Notes: a model not told the origin generated them from the letters alone. 64,000 bases of DNA from Gammaproteobacteria bacterium (GCA_029862005.1 JAOTYD010000006.1:69758-133757), one strand, 5' to 3'; counted from the first letter of the stretch, positions 18,473 to 28,819 are shown. Made by a program: numbers and translations.

Positions 18473-20439
18473 GCCGCACGCTCCCCGGCATCGGCATCGA
18501 CAGTGACGCTGCGGGCGAGTCGGCGATAGCGTCGGTCGGATGCGGCAAACAGCCCGCCAATCGCCATAATGATCGCACCGAGCCAGATCCAGCGGATAAA
18601 AGGTTTGTAATAGATTCGTACCGCCCAGGCGCCCTCCTTGTCGAGGGGTTCGCCCAGGGCGATAAACAAATCACGCGTGAATCCCGCATCGATCGCAGCC
18701 TCGGTCATCGGCATGGTTTGCACGAGGTAGGTCCGTTTCTCGGGGAACAGGTCAACCTTGAAATTTCCGCTTTCGGAACGCACCGAAAACCCACCCCGGG
18801 TTGCAACATAGTTCTCAATATTATAATCACGCACCCCGTGGAAGGTGAATTCATAACCCGCCACCGAGTAGGTATCGCCCGGCGCCATGCGCAGATCTTT
18901 TTCCTGGTTGTACAAACTGGTCAGCGTCACCCCGACGATGAAAACCGCGATACCGAGATGTCCGAGTAACATGCCATAGAAACCGGCCGGTGTTGAACGC
19001 AGGATCGAGAGTACAGCCCGGTTATGAAATCGATCGTAAATCGCGACGGCGCCCGTGACTACAATCCACAACGCCATCGCAATACCGAGGTAAGCACTCC
19101 ATATCCATTGCGGCAATGCCAGGCTGAGCGGCAAGGCCACAACCAGCACTACCAGGGCGGGAATTTTCAACTTGGCCCCCAACCGCGAAAGACTGTCAGT
19201 CTTCCAGCGAATCAACATACCGATACCGATTAATATGCCCAGTGGTGCGGTCAACGTTATGAACATCAGGTTGAAATACGGCGGACCAACAGAAATTTTC
19301 CCGCCCATGGCATCGATTGCAATCGGGTAAAGCGTACCCAGCAGGATCGCGCTGGTCACGACCGCGAGAAACGCGTTGTTCAATAACAGGGCCCCGTCGC
19401 GAGACAACAAGCGGGTCTGGGCCGCGCTCTTGAGTAACGGCGCGCGCCACGCATAAAGGGTTAACGAGCCGCCGACCACCAACACCAGGAATCCCAGGAT
19501 GAATATGCCGCGTTCCGGGTCACTGGCAAAGGCGTGCACCGAAGTCAAAACGCCGGAGCGAACCAGGAAGGTACCCAGCAAACTCAGCGCAAACGCGAAG
19601 ATTGCCAGTAGCGCCGTCCAGGCCTTGAAGGTGCCGCGCTTTTCGGTAATCGCCAGTGAATGCATCAGCGCGGTACCAATTAACCACGGCATGAAAGACG
19701 CATTTTCGACCGGGTCCCAGAACCACCAGCCACCCCAGCCGAGTTCGTAGTAAGCCCACCAGCTGCCCAGCGCGATTCCCAGCGTCAGAAACAGCCAGGC
19801 GACATTGGTCCACGGCCGCGACCAGCGCGCCCAGGCCGAATCGACCTGGCCGGAAATCAGTGCCGCAATCGAAAACGCGAACGCCACCGAGAATCCGACA
19901 TAACCGAGGTAAAGCATGGGCGGGTGAATCGCAAGCCCGATGTCCTGCAGCAACGGGTTCAAATCGCTGCCCTCGGTCGCCGCGGGAAACAGACGCTCAA
20001 ACGGATTCGATGTAATGATAATAAACAACAGGAATCCACAGCTTACCAATCCCAGCACCGACAGCACCCGGGCGCGCATGGCATTCGGAACATTCGGCGT
20101 AAACACTGCTACCGCGCCCGTCCACAACGCGAGCACCAGCGCCCACAACAACAGCGAGCCTTCATGCGAACCCCAGACCCCGGAAATCCGATAAATCAGC
20201 GGCAACGCGCTGTTCGAATTCTTGGCCACGTAAAGCACCGAGAAGTCATGGCTCAGGAAAGCCCAGGTCAGGCAGGCATAAGATATGCCAACGAATAGTA
20301 ACTGGCCCAGGGCGGCGGGCACTGCCAGCGCGACCCAGCGCTGTACCCCGAGACCGGCACCGGCGAGCGGCACTAGTGACTGGATCACGGCGATACTGAG
20401 CGCAATAATCAGTGCGAGTTGACCGATTTCGGGAATCAT
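18469..20439 (-). CDS. ccmF: heme lyase CcmF
   Basis: Motifs WGSHEGS, HPPMLYLGYVG, WAYYELGWGGWWFWDPVENAS and SVHAFA. Confidence 0.98.
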   Translation of the reverse strand: MIPEIGQLALIIALSIAVIQSLVPLAGAGLGVQRWVALAVPAALGQLLFVGISYACLTWAFLSHDFSVLYVAKNSNSALPLIYRISGVWGSHEGSLLLWALVLALWTGAVAVFTPNVPNAMRARVLSVLGLVSCGFLLFIIITSNPFERLFPAATEGSDLNPLLQDIGLAIHPPMLYLGYVGFSVAFAFSIAALISGQVDSAWARWSRPWTNVAWLFLTLGIALGSWWAYYELGWGGWWFWDPVENASFMPWLIGTALMHSLAITEKRGTFKAWTALLAIFAFALSLLGTFLVRSGVLTSVHAFASDPERGIFILGFLVLVVGGSLTLYAWRAPLLKSAAQTRLLSRDGALLLNNAFLAVVTSAILLGTLYPIAIDAMGGKISVGPPYFNLMFITLTAPLGILIGIGMLIRWKTDSLSRLGAKLKIPALVVLVVALPLSLALPQWIWSAYLGIAMALWIVVTGAVAIYDRFHNRAVLSILRSTPAGFYGMLLGHLGIAVFIVGVTLTSLYNQEKDLRMAPGDTYSVAGYEFTFHGVRDYNIENYVATRGGFSVRSESGNFKVDLFPEKRTYLVQTMPMTEAAIDAGFTRDLFIALGEPLDKEGAWAVRIYYKPFIRWIWLGAIIMAIGGLFAASDRRYRRLARSVTVDADAGERAA

Positions 20440-20441
20440 CG

Positions 20442-20876
20442 CTAGTTTTCCTTTTTCATTTTCATTTTCATGTCGGCAAGCTCCGGCGGCATGTAAGTTT
20501 CGTCGTGCTTGGCCAACACTTCCTGGGCGACAAATTCGCCGGAATCATTCAACTTGCCATTGGCGATGATGCCCTGGCCCTCGCGAAACAGGTCAGGCAA
20601 TATTCCAGCGTATTGAACAGTTACCTGCTGTTCATTGTCAGTCAAATCGAACTTCACGGTCAGGCCGTCACCCGGGCGGTTGACGCTGCCTTCGACCACC
20701 ATGCCACCCATTCGAAACAGCTTGTTGGTGGGCGCCTTGCCGGAGATTACTTCGCTGGGTGTAAAAAAGAACATGATATTCTGATCCAGCGATTTGAGTG
20801 CGAGCCCGACGCCAACAGCCACGCCGGTAACCATCAACAGGATTAACGCGAGTCTTTTCTTTCTTGCAGGTGTCAT
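20442..20876 (-). CDS. ccmE: heme chaperone CcmE
   Basis: Motifs LPDLFREGQG and VLAKHDETYMP. Confidence 0.97.
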   Translation of the reverse strand: MTPARKKRLALILLMVTGVAVGVGLALKSLDQNIMFFFTPSEVISGKAPTNKLFRMGGMVVEGSVNRPGDGLTVKFDLTDNEQQVTVQYAGILPDLFREGQGIIANGKLNDSGEFVAQEVLAKHDETYMPPELADMKMKMKKEN

Positions 20877-21031
20877 TTCTGTTCATCCCTTGTGCGCCGC
20901 TTCAGCTGGCGCAGTTCTTTCTCGTGTTGCTTGCGCGGCAGGTACCAGTTCAGCCACAGCACCACTGCGACCAGTGCATAGCTTGGCCAAACAAAAACTG
21001 CATATCCGCCCATTTGGAAAAATTCTGCCAT
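20873..21031 (-). CDS. ccmD: heme exporter protein CcmD
   Basis: Below the ORF-track cutoff. Manual translation gives MAEFFQMGGYAVFVWPSYALVAVVLWLNWYLPRKQHEKELRQLKRRTRDEQK (52 aa) with the MGGY..FVW.SY signature, between ccmC and ccmE. Confidence 0.92.
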   Translation of the reverse strand: MAEFFQMGGYAVFVWPSYALVAVVLWLNWYLPRKQHEKELRQLKRRTRDEQK

Positions 21032-21757
21032 TTAAAGTTCCTCAACCCACTTGCTGTTGCGTTCGCGCCGCAACAACTCCAGGCGACACTTCTGAAACAG
21101 GGCCAGAACGTAGTAGATCTGGAAAGCCATCGCCATTAGCAGCAACGGGATCAACATGCTCCAGTGTATAGACGGCTTGTCGAACTTGGTAACGGTCGGC
21201 CCCTGGTGTAACGAATGCCACCACTCTACCGAGTAATGGATAATAGGAATATTCACCACGCCGACCAGCGCCAGGATTGCGACCGCCCGGGCAGCGATAC
21301 GTCGATCATCGATAGCATTGTGAAGCCCGATAATGCCGAGGTACAGGAACAGCAGGATAAGTTCAGATGTCAGGCGCGCATCCCAGACCCAGTAAGTGCC
21401 CCACATCGGTTTGCCCCACAACGAACCGGTGACCAGCGCTAGAAAGGTGAAGCTGGCACCAATCGGCGCACTGCTGATCAATACCACCTCGGCCAGTTTC
21501 ATGTGCCAGATTATAACTATGGCGCCACAAATCGCCATGACAACATAGATAAACAACGACATCCAGGCCGAGGGCACGTGGACAAAAATAATGCGATAGC
21601 TTTCACCCTGCTGGTAGTCGGGTGGTGCTTCGATTAAACCACCGTAAAGACCCGTCAGCAAGAACGCGAGAAAGATCCACGTTAACCATGGGATCCATTT
21701 ACCGGCAATGCGATAAAAGTGCGGGGGCGAACCTAACTTGTGAAACCAGAGAAACAT
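21032..21757 (-). CDS. ccmC: heme exporter protein CcmC
   Basis: Motifs DYQQGESYRI..VHVP, WGKPMWGTYWVWDARLTS and SVEWW.SLHQ; start at ATG 21757. Confidence 0.96.
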   Translation of the reverse strand: MFLWFHKLGSPPHFYRIAGKWIPWLTWIFLAFLLTGLYGGLIEAPPDYQQGESYRIIFVHVPSAWMSLFIYVVMAICGAIVIIWHMKLAEVVLISSAPIGASFTFLALVTGSLWGKPMWGTYWVWDARLTSELILLFLYLGIIGLHNAIDDRRIAARAVAILALVGVVNIPIIHYSVEWWHSLHQGPTVTKFDKPSIHWSMLIPLLLMAMAFQIYYVLALFQKCRLELLRRERNSKWVEEL

Positions 21758-21767
21758 TAAGATCCCT

Positions 21768-22454
21768 TTAACTTGCCGACATTCGTAACGCTGCTGCGGT
21801 GGCCCAGGGCGACAGCGAAATCGACAGGAACAGAAAAGCCAGAAGCATGTAAATCTGGGCTGATACGTCAAATCCCATCGCGGCATTTTCGATCGCGCTG
21901 GCCGCAAAAATCAAAACCGGCACATACAGGGGCAACACCAACAGCGACAGAATTATACCACCTTTTCTTAAGCCTACCGTAAGCGCGACACCGATCGCGC
22001 CGATGAGGCTCAAGATTGGGGTTCCGATGAGTATAGTCAATAGCAGCGTTATCTGCGCCGCCGATGGCAAGCCCAGCATTTCTGCCAGTAATGGCGCCAC
22101 GATCAGCAAAGGTAATCCGGTGACCAGCCAGTGTGCGCACACTTTCGCCAACACCAGTACCGCAACGGGATGCGCACTCAACAGAATCTGTTCGAGCGAG
22201 CCATCGTCAAAATCCGAGCGAAAGATGCTATCCAGCGACAACATCGCCGCGAGCAATGCAGCGACCCAGACAATCCCTGGCGCAATTCGCGCCAGCAGCT
22301 CGGGTTCGGCACCCAGCGCCAATGGAAAAAGAGTAATGACCAGCACAAAAAATAACAGCGGCATCGCGTACTCGGCGCGATTGCGCAGGGCCAACAGCAG
22401 GTCACGCCTGAGCAGAAACACGAAAGCCTGGGTCAGGGATAATCGATGACTCAT
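21768..22454 (-). CDS. ccmB: heme exporter protein CcmB
   Basis: Motifs LFPLALG, F.SDFDDGSLEQ and LLVLPLYVPVLIF. Confidence 0.96.
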   Translation of the reverse strand: MSHRLSLTQAFVFLLRRDLLLALRNRAEYAMPLLFFVLVITLFPLALGAEPELLARIAPGIVWVAALLAAMLSLDSIFRSDFDDGSLEQILLSAHPVAVLVLAKVCAHWLVTGLPLLIVAPLLAEMLGLPSAAQITLLLTILIGTPILSLIGAIGVALTVGLRKGGIILSLLVLPLYVPVLIFAASAIENAAMGFDVSAQIYMLLAFLFLSISLSPWATAAALRMSAS

Positions 22455-23083
22455 GCCGGTGCTCCGAGTTGAAGTCGCTGCACGGATTGTCCCGGCAGCG
22501 AAATATCGTGATGTGATGTCATCACAATCAGACCCTGGTTCTCCAGGTGATGTTCAAACAGTGAAGCGAACATCGCCATGCTGTTTCTGTCGAGCGAGGT
22601 AAACGGCTCATCCAGAATCCACAGTATTGATTCCGTCGCCAGCAGACGGGCCAGCGCCAGTCTGCGTTTCTGACCCGCCGACAGGCTGCCTACCTCGGTT
22701 TCACCGTAGGCGTAGAGGTTAACCTGCTCGAGTACGTCGTCGAGATCCCGCTCCGACGGCACGCCCATTGCTCTCGCCAGGCGCATGTTTTCGAGACAGG
22801 ACAGTTCGTTCTTGACACCGTCGTGATGCCCTACATAGGCTACCTGTTCGTAATAATTTCCAGCCAGGCGGTCAATCGGAGTACCGCGCCATCGAATCTC
22901 GCCACTATCAGCGAGCCTGAGTCCGGTCAGAATACGTAACAGGCTGGTTTTACCGCAACCGTTGGGGCCTTCGACCACCAGCATCTCGCCCGCTTCGAGT
23001 GCGAATTCGAGGTTCGCGAACAATTGACGATCGTTACGGATACAGCCGAGATCCCGGGTTTCGAGTAAGGTCGATGTGGACAT
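22451..23083 (-). CDS. ccmA: heme exporter ATP-binding protein CcmA
   Basis: Walker A GPNGCGKT, LSAGQKRR, WILDEPF and TSHH. Confidence 0.96.
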   Translation of the reverse strand: MSTSTLLETRDLGCIRNDRQLFANLEFALEAGEMLVVEGPNGCGKTSLLRILTGLRLADSGEIRWRGTPIDRLAGNYYEQVAYVGHHDGVKNELSCLENMRLARAMGVPSERDLDDVLEQVNLYAYGETEVGSLSAGQKRRLALARLLATESILWILDEPFTSLDRNSMAMFASLFEHHLENQGLIVMTSHHDISLPGQSVQRLQLGAPA

Positions 23084-23125
23084 GCAATGGTTGGATTTTA
23101 ATGTGCCCGAAGATTAGCCTTGCCC

Positions 23126-23162
23126 ATGATCACGATCAACCCATTTTTTTGATATAGATCAG
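23126..23162. promoter_or_regulatory. two FNR/ANR-like boxes in the divergent ccmA / hypothetical-gene promoter
   Basis: ATGAT-CACG-ATCAA (23126-23139) and TTGAT-ATAG-ATCAG (23149-23162), each 9/10 to TTGAT-N4-ATCAA. Confidence 0.65.
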
Positions 23163-23216
23163 ACAAGAGAGTATAAACGGTAGTAATGTAATGCCGTAAA
23201 TATCGGAGAAAACAGA

Positions 23217-23516
23217 ATGACTACCACCAAGGAACAATTAATCGATCAACACATTCGTGAGTACGAATCACGAATGAAACATATCGATGAACTTTACGAA
23301 CGCGCTGAAAAGGCGACCGAACACCTGGACGAAGAGCATGAAAGCCGCTCCGAGTTGAAATGGTTCGAAGAACGACTGCCGAAGGTTGCGGATGCGATCA
23401 AAACCATGCCGGTAAAGAACTGGCGCGAGGAAACCGTGCAAAAAGCCGGCCCCATGGCGATCTGGGATATTATCGCGCAACAACTCGAGGATTTTCTCGA
23501 ACGCCACGAAAAGTAG
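23217..23516 (+). CDS. hypothetical helical protein (99 aa)
   Basis: GGAGA ribosome-binding site upstream; charged helical sequence ending in GPMAIWDIIAQQLE; no family recognised. Confidence 0.75.
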   Translation: MTTTKEQLIDQHIREYESRMKHIDELYERAEKATEHLDEEHESRSELKWFEERLPKVADAIKTMPVKNWREETVQKAGPMAIWDIIAQQLEDFLERHEK

Positions 23517-23615
23517 CGGCGGTGCGGCTGAATTAGTTTCTCCCGATCACTGCAGAAATCCCAGGTTTAGCAATATTCAATCGGATTCCAGGGAAGCCTC
23601 GCTAATTCGAGCAGG

Positions 23616-24542
23616 CTAGCTGCTATGTGGATACTTGTTGCCCCGCTTTTCTGCTTCGATAAATACACGCTTTATCTCCGGAAATTTTTGCTTGATTGAG
23701 CGATCGACTTCGGCGATGTCAGCCTCGACCAGCTGCGCGCTTATCGAATCCTTAAAATCAACGCTAATATTGACGAGAATAAAATCCGGCCCCATGTGCA
23801 TGGTCAATACCTCGTTGACATGTTCGATATTTTCTCGACCTGCCAGGGTGTTGCGAATACCGCGAATCACCGACTTTTTGGCCCGTTCTCCAATCAACAG
23901 GCCCTTGGTTTCATAAGCCAGCCAGATTGACGTGCCTAGCAGGATCAGACCGATCATGACCGAGGCGATGCCATCGAATACCAGGATGCCGGTCACCTGG
24001 CTCAGCAACACCCCGAAAAATGCAACGACCAGGCCGAGCATTGCCGCACTGTCTTCAAACAGCACGACGAACACCGTGGGATCCTTGGCAAGCTGAATAG
24101 CTTCCAGGTAACTCCAGTGTCCCCGGGTACGGTTGAATTCGCGAAACGCGAAATACCAGGCAGCACCTTCAAAAACCATTGCTAGCCCAAGCACGATGTA
24201 GTTAACCATCGGACTACTAATCGGCTCAGGGTGCCTGATATGCTGGAGGCCCTCGTAAATCGAGATACCGCCACCGAGCGCAAAAATCAGGATCGCAACG
24301 ATAAAACTCCAGAAATATATTTCTTTGCCATGACCAAAGGGGAAGTCTTCATCAGGCGGTTTCGCAGCCCGCTTCATCCCGTAAAGCAATAATCCCTGGT
24401 TACCGGTATCGACCAGCGAATGAATGCCTTCCGACAGCATCGCCGAACTGCCGGTAATCGATGCCGCGAAAAACTTGGTAATTGAAATCAGCGAGTTACC
24501 GACCAGTGCCGCAATGATGACCAACTTCGAGCCCGATGCCAT
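23616..24542 (-). CDS. cation diffusion facilitator (CDF) family transporter
   Basis: Motifs SSAMLSEGIHSLVD, FPFGHGKE.YFW, VLFED and FDGIAS; about 6 TM helices plus a C-terminal domain. Confidence 0.9.
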   Translation of the reverse strand: MASGSKLVIIAALVGNSLISITKFFAASITGSSAMLSEGIHSLVDTGNQGLLLYGMKRAAKPPDEDFPFGHGKEIYFWSFIVAILIFALGGGISIYEGLQHIRHPEPISSPMVNYIVLGLAMVFEGAAWYFAFREFNRTRGHWSYLEAIQLAKDPTVFVVLFEDSAAMLGLVVAFFGVLLSQVTGILVFDGIASVMIGLILLGTSIWLAYETKGLLIGERAKKSVIRGIRNTLAGRENIEHVNEVLTMHMGPDFILVNISVDFKDSISAQLVEADIAEVDRSIKQKFPEIKRVFIEAEKRGNKYPHSS

Positions 24543-24806
24543 GTTTCTACCCCAAAAAATTTGCGCTTACTATATCTCAACAGCCACTCCGAGCGAAAGG
24601 CGAAGGTATATTCGGAATCACCATGCATTGTGATCTGACAGCGACCAGTGGCGGAAGTTGTCAGCCTGTTTTTGAATTCAGGACCTCAAGGCTCAGGGCG
24701 ATTTAATCGACAACGAATTAATCGTTGCTGGCAGGCCAACCCTCTACTAAACTCCGCGCAGCTTTGACCCAACTGACTTGCAGTTACTAGCTGGAATCAA
24801 ACCCTT

Positions 24807-26102
24807 ATGTGGAAAAATCTTGGCGCTTCCTGGGCGATATTAATTGGCATCGGATGCATGATGCTAGCCAATGGCCTGCAGGGTACCCTGCTGGGTGTGC
24901 GCGCCGGCATCGAGGGATTTTCGACGTTCACAACCGGGATATTGATGTCGGGATATTTCATCGGCATGTTTATCGGTTCGCTGGTGTCACCAATGCTGGT
25001 CAATCGAGTTGGCCATATTCGTGTGTTTTCGGCACTCGCGTCGATGGCCTCCATTTCAATCCTGTTTCACGGCGTTTATATCGAGCCGTGGATCTGGATG
25101 CTGATGCGCATCATTACCGGAATCAGTTTTGCCGGGTTCTACGTGGTAACCGAGAGCTGGCTCAACGACCGGGCCAGTAATGAAACCCGTGGCAAGGTGT
25201 TATCGGTATACATGCTCATTGTTACCGGCGGCATGGGCGCTGGTCAGTTTTTACTCAACCTTGCAAAACCCGAAGCGATTGATTTGTTCATACTGATTTC
25301 CGTGATCATATCATTTGGGCTGATTCCAATACTGCTAACGGCCAAGCCCGCGCCAAACTTCGCCACGTCGTCCAAGATGTCGGTAGTCGACCTGTATCGC
25401 GCCTCACCGCTGGCCGTTATCGGCAACTGCCTGACGGGAATGGCTCATGGTACGATTTTCGGGCTGGGAGCAATTTATGCGAGCGCGGTACTGGTCGACC
25501 TTAAGGCAATCTCGTGGTTCATGGCCTGCTTCCTGATTGGCAGCCTGATATTCCAGTGGCCCGTCGGATTTATCTCCGACCTCGTCGGCAGACGTGGCAT
25601 CATGGCCGGTCTGTCGAGCATTGCTATCGCCTGCTGTTTACTCGCGCTCGCTACACCGAGTGACAGCTGGCTGTTTTACGCATCGATCATCGCCCTCGGC
25701 GGCGCCGCAATGCCGATGTACTCGGTTTGTATTGCTTACGCCAACGATCGACTGGAACCACATCAAATCGTTGCCGCCAGTGGCAGCCTGGTCATGGTCG
25801 CAGGTTTTGGTGCAATGATCGGGCCTATTGTAATCGCCTTTTTCATGGACCTGTACGACCTGTCATTTTATTTCTGGGGTATCGCGACGGTATTCGCGAT
25901 TATCTTCTTTTTCACCTTGATCCGCATCGGCTCCCGTGCCGGAGTCGCAATAGCTGATCAATCGCACCTGATCGCTGGCCCTATTGGTACCCCGATTGCC
26001 GAGTTTATCGCACCCGATTCGTTCGAATACGCGGACGCCGTCGCAAAGCACAATGTGCGGGAGCTCGATCAACGCGAAGACATTACCGAGCGTCGGCTAT
26101 AG
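24807..26102 (+). CDS. MFS transporter (YcaD-like)
   Basis: About 12 TM helices; motifs RVGHIRVF, ESWLN...RGK, QWPVG..SD..GRR and AYANDR. Confidence 0.88.
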   Translation: MWKNLGASWAILIGIGCMMLANGLQGTLLGVRAGIEGFSTFTTGILMSGYFIGMFIGSLVSPMLVNRVGHIRVFSALASMASISILFHGVYIEPWIWMLMRIITGISFAGFYVVTESWLNDRASNETRGKVLSVYMLIVTGGMGAGQFLLNLAKPEAIDLFILISVIISFGLIPILLTAKPAPNFATSSKMSVVDLYRASPLAVIGNCLTGMAHGTIFGLGAIYASAVLVDLKAISWFMACFLIGSLIFQWPVGFISDLVGRRGIMAGLSSIAIACCLLALATPSDSWLFYASIIALGGAAMPMYSVCIAYANDRLEPHQIVAASGSLVMVAGFGAMIGPIVIAFFMDLYDLSFYFWGIATVFAIIFFFTLIRIGSRAGVAIADQSHLIAGPIGTPIAEFIAPDSFEYADAVAKHNVRELDQREDITERRL

Positions 26103-26106
26103 CGAT

Positions 26107-27711
26107 TTAAAGCGTCCACCGCAGATCGAGCGTGAAGATGTCCTCGTCACCGATATCGTCACCGATTTCCTTTAACGGATGTCCCCAAAGCAGGCGACCA
26201 TTGAAGTTTGCATCCGATACTTCAATCCCTACACCAACACTGTAAATTTCTCCACAAACATCTGGATTGTCGACTTCACATTTGGCATCGCCATAGTCGA
26301 CGCCGGCCGACAGAGAAATTGTTTTGGTGAAAGGGTTTCCACTGAAGGGATTCACCACCGACCGTAATTGTCGGGTCAGGTTACTGTGCAGATACCAGGC
26401 ATTGCTTCCACTCAGTGACGACGAATAGCCACGCACGGTGTAGGGGCTGCCCAGGTACAGCTTATCGTTATCGAACAGTATATCGTCACTGTATTGCAGG
26501 TATAGCTTGATGCTCGCGTACCAGGCAGGATCAGGCAGGTAATAAAACAGCTGGCTGTCGATATTGAATTTTTCAAATTGAAGTCTTGCTTCATTTTCAA
26601 ACCCATCCGCGAGCGTGTAGTAGTCATCGTCTCTGGCCCCGAAGGAATCAAGCCCCCGGTGATAACTGAAACCGGTGCTGAGCTGACCCCATGGTTGTAT
26701 CCAGTCGTGCCGCAGATCGAGTCGCAGCTGGCTGGTTTTATAGCTGGAAACATCAATTAGCTGGTCATCAAAAAAACTGCGCGTGTCCTTAAGCTCCAAT
26801 GCCAACGCCAGGGTCAGCCTGGCCGTCTGGCTACGGGTTAGCAGCTTGCTGACCTGTAGCTGATTGCTGACAGTATCACCCTCGGAAAGAAAACTGTCGT
26901 TGATTCCCTGTACCCGTTGTTCATATTCGATATCGCTATGATTCAATAGCAGCAGGTAATCCCCCAGGGGAAAAGAGTAACTTAACTCGCGACTTCGATT
27001 ACTTTGATAGGTCTGAAATATTTCACCGCCGTTATAGCGAAACTCTATTATGTCATTGATATTGAAAGGATTATCGAGGGTTGCCAGTAAACTCAACTGG
27101 GGATCGATATCCGTTCGCACATTGATTCCAAGCTCGGTGCGAACCGTATCCGACTCCGTGGTCCTGATCGCTACGATGCTGCCACCCTGTTGTGTCCCCG
27201 GCCTGATCTCGAAACTGGCGCTGACCGAGGCCACGCGCTCGATGGCCTCAAGCGAAGTCTCAAGTTCGCGCAGGTTTAGAATCTCGCGGTTGAACATGAA
27301 AGCCGTCGCGATCTTGCCATTGCTGGTACCGCTATTGGCATCGATGATCGCCTCGACTCTGCCCACCAGGATACGAATCTCGATCTGACCATCGCTGATA
27401 TCCTGTTCCAGTAAATAAGGACGTGAGGTGACATAGCCTCGCCCGATAAAGTCATTCGAGATTGCTGACAGAATGCCTCGAATCAGGCTGCCATCGATAC
27501 AGTTGCCGAGGAATGGTCGGATCAATGATGCCTGGCCGGCATCGCTGAGAATTTCGCTGGCCTCAATATCCACCCTTGCCAGGGGGACACATTCAGCTTC
27601 GCTTGCCGCGTGTACCACGCCCTGCAGCAACAGGCTGAGTAGAACTACCCTAAAACCAGATTGACGTAAAAAGGCGCGTGACGGTAGCGTCAAAACTGTA
27701 AAGCGGTTCAT
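26107..27711 (-). CDS. TpsB (ShlB/FhaC/HecB) two-partner-secretion outer-membrane translocator
   Basis: POTRA signatures (GNCI, RGYVTSR, LNLRELE..LE, I.PG..QGGS), NPF.IND and the Omp85 loop-6 motif VRGY. Start 27711 or 27717 overlaps the upstream gene. Confidence 0.85.
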   Translation of the reverse strand: MNRFTVLTLPSRAFLRQSGFRVVLLSLLLQGVVHAASEAECVPLARVDIEASEILSDAGQASLIRPFLGNCIDGSLIRGILSAISNDFIGRGYVTSRPYLLEQDISDGQIEIRILVGRVEAIIDANSGTSNGKIATAFMFNREILNLRELETSLEAIERVASVSASFEIRPGTQQGGSIVAIRTTESDTVRTELGINVRTDIDPQLSLLATLDNPFNINDIIEFRYNGGEIFQTYQSNRSRELSYSFPLGDYLLLLNHSDIEYEQRVQGINDSFLSEGDTVSNQLQVSKLLTRSQTARLTLALALELKDTRSFFDDQLIDVSSYKTSQLRLDLRHDWIQPWGQLSTGFSYHRGLDSFGARDDDYYTLADGFENEARLQFEKFNIDSQLFYYLPDPAWYASIKLYLQYSDDILFDNDKLYLGSPYTVRGYSSSLSGSNAWYLHSNLTRQLRSVVNPFSGNPFTKTISLSAGVDYGDAKCEVDNPDVCGEIYSVGVGIEVSDANFNGRLLWGHPLKEIGDDIGDEDIFTLDLRWTL

Positions 27712-28819
27712 TTCCAACCGTCCCCGCCTTGGTCAGGTCGCGGAAATCGTCATAGTCGAAGCTTATGAAATCGAGCTGCAGGTTCAGACTGCCACGTTCA
27801 ACCGCACTCCAGGACCGGCCAAATTCGTAACTTGCACCCAGGCCAACAGTAGTGCTAGAAAAGGTGCTCAATTCCTTGTCACGTGCGAGGAAATTCAGTG
27901 CACCCCTGCTCGGGAACAAGTCGCTGTAGAATTCGGCGCTGCTTTGATCGTGATATCGAAAACTGGCCTCGACAATCCAGGCGTCACCGTAGGGGAAGGT
28001 ATACCCCAGCTCGTAGGTGGTCGCGTCGATATCCCAGGTATCTTCGAATATTCGAACCCCAGCATGTAACGCGGCACGTTGTGGCAGAAAATAATTGGCG
28101 CGCACGGCAATAGCGTTGCTAGTGCGGGTATCCGGATAGATTTCCGGCTCAAAGCTATAGCTAGTGCATGCTGGTGGATCACTACAAAATCGTACCGAAC
28201 GATAGGGATTATTGAGATAACCATCATCGGTTATCGTTTCCAGGGTTAAAGCCATGACCAGATCCTTGGTCAGGATTTGCGAAATCCCAAACCGATAGCT
28301 GCGCACCTTGGTGTCTTCTTCAAAAGCATCATCCCCATTTCGTCCAACTGTATTATCACCCAGCGCAAAGCTCATGGTGACGGTGGTCAGGTCACCAAAC
28401 ATGTCCTGCGAAATCCCGAGACTTAATGTATTAGCCTCGAAGTCACTTTCATCGCTAACCGTATAGCCGAGACTCATGGTTGTCTTTTGACGCAGGTAAT
28501 CGATGCTGACAGAATTTTCTGTGCGTTCCTCGGTGTACTCGCTTGCACTAACGAGCACATCAACCGAGGCACTGGTGACATTATCGACATAGTGATTCAA
28601 GCCTACTGATAGGCTATCACCCACATTCTTGCGCACCAGAAACGATGGTCCATCGATTTCGGCGCCACCACCATCGTATCGATGGTAGAGCAGGTCCACG
28701 CGCTCTTCCGGCAATACAGCGGCTCGCAATTCCTGGATGGACGATACCAACAGGGAGATAACCACCAACAGCCAACTGGATGATTTCACGAAAGCATGAC
28801 ATTGCTTGGTGGCGGTCAT
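27650..28819 (-). CDS. DUF3570-family outer-membrane beta-barrel protein
   Basis: Motifs AVLPEER.D.LYHRYDGGG, VD.VTSAS.DV, GYLNNPYR and ARDKELSTF; aromatic C-terminus SIWF. Start probably 28819 (ORF track 28885). Confidence 0.8.
   Translation of the reverse strand: MTATKQCHAFVKSSSWLLVVISLLVSSIQELRAAVLPEERVDLLYHRYDGGGAEIDGPSFLVRKNVGDSLSVGLNHYVDNVTSASVDVLVSASEYTEERTENSVSIDYLRQKTTMSLGYTVSDESDFEANTLSLGISQDMFGDLTTVTMSFALGDNTVGRNGDDAFEEDTKVRSYRFGISQILTKDLVMALTLETITDDGYLNNPYRSVRFCSDPPACTSYSFEPEIYPDTRTSNAIAVRANYFLPQRAALHAGVRIFEDTWDIDATTYELGYTFPYGDAWIVEASFRYHDQSSAEFYSDLFPSRGALNFLARDKELSTFSSTTVGLGASYEFGRSWSAVERGSLNLQLDFISFDYDDFRDLTKAGTVGNEPLYSFDATVTRLFTSIWF

Noticed and set aside
24711..24727. Inverted repeat CAACGA-ATTAA-TCGTTG between the CDF and MFS genes
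   Set aside because: It could be an operator, but it is a single short instance with no recognisable regulator or consensus.
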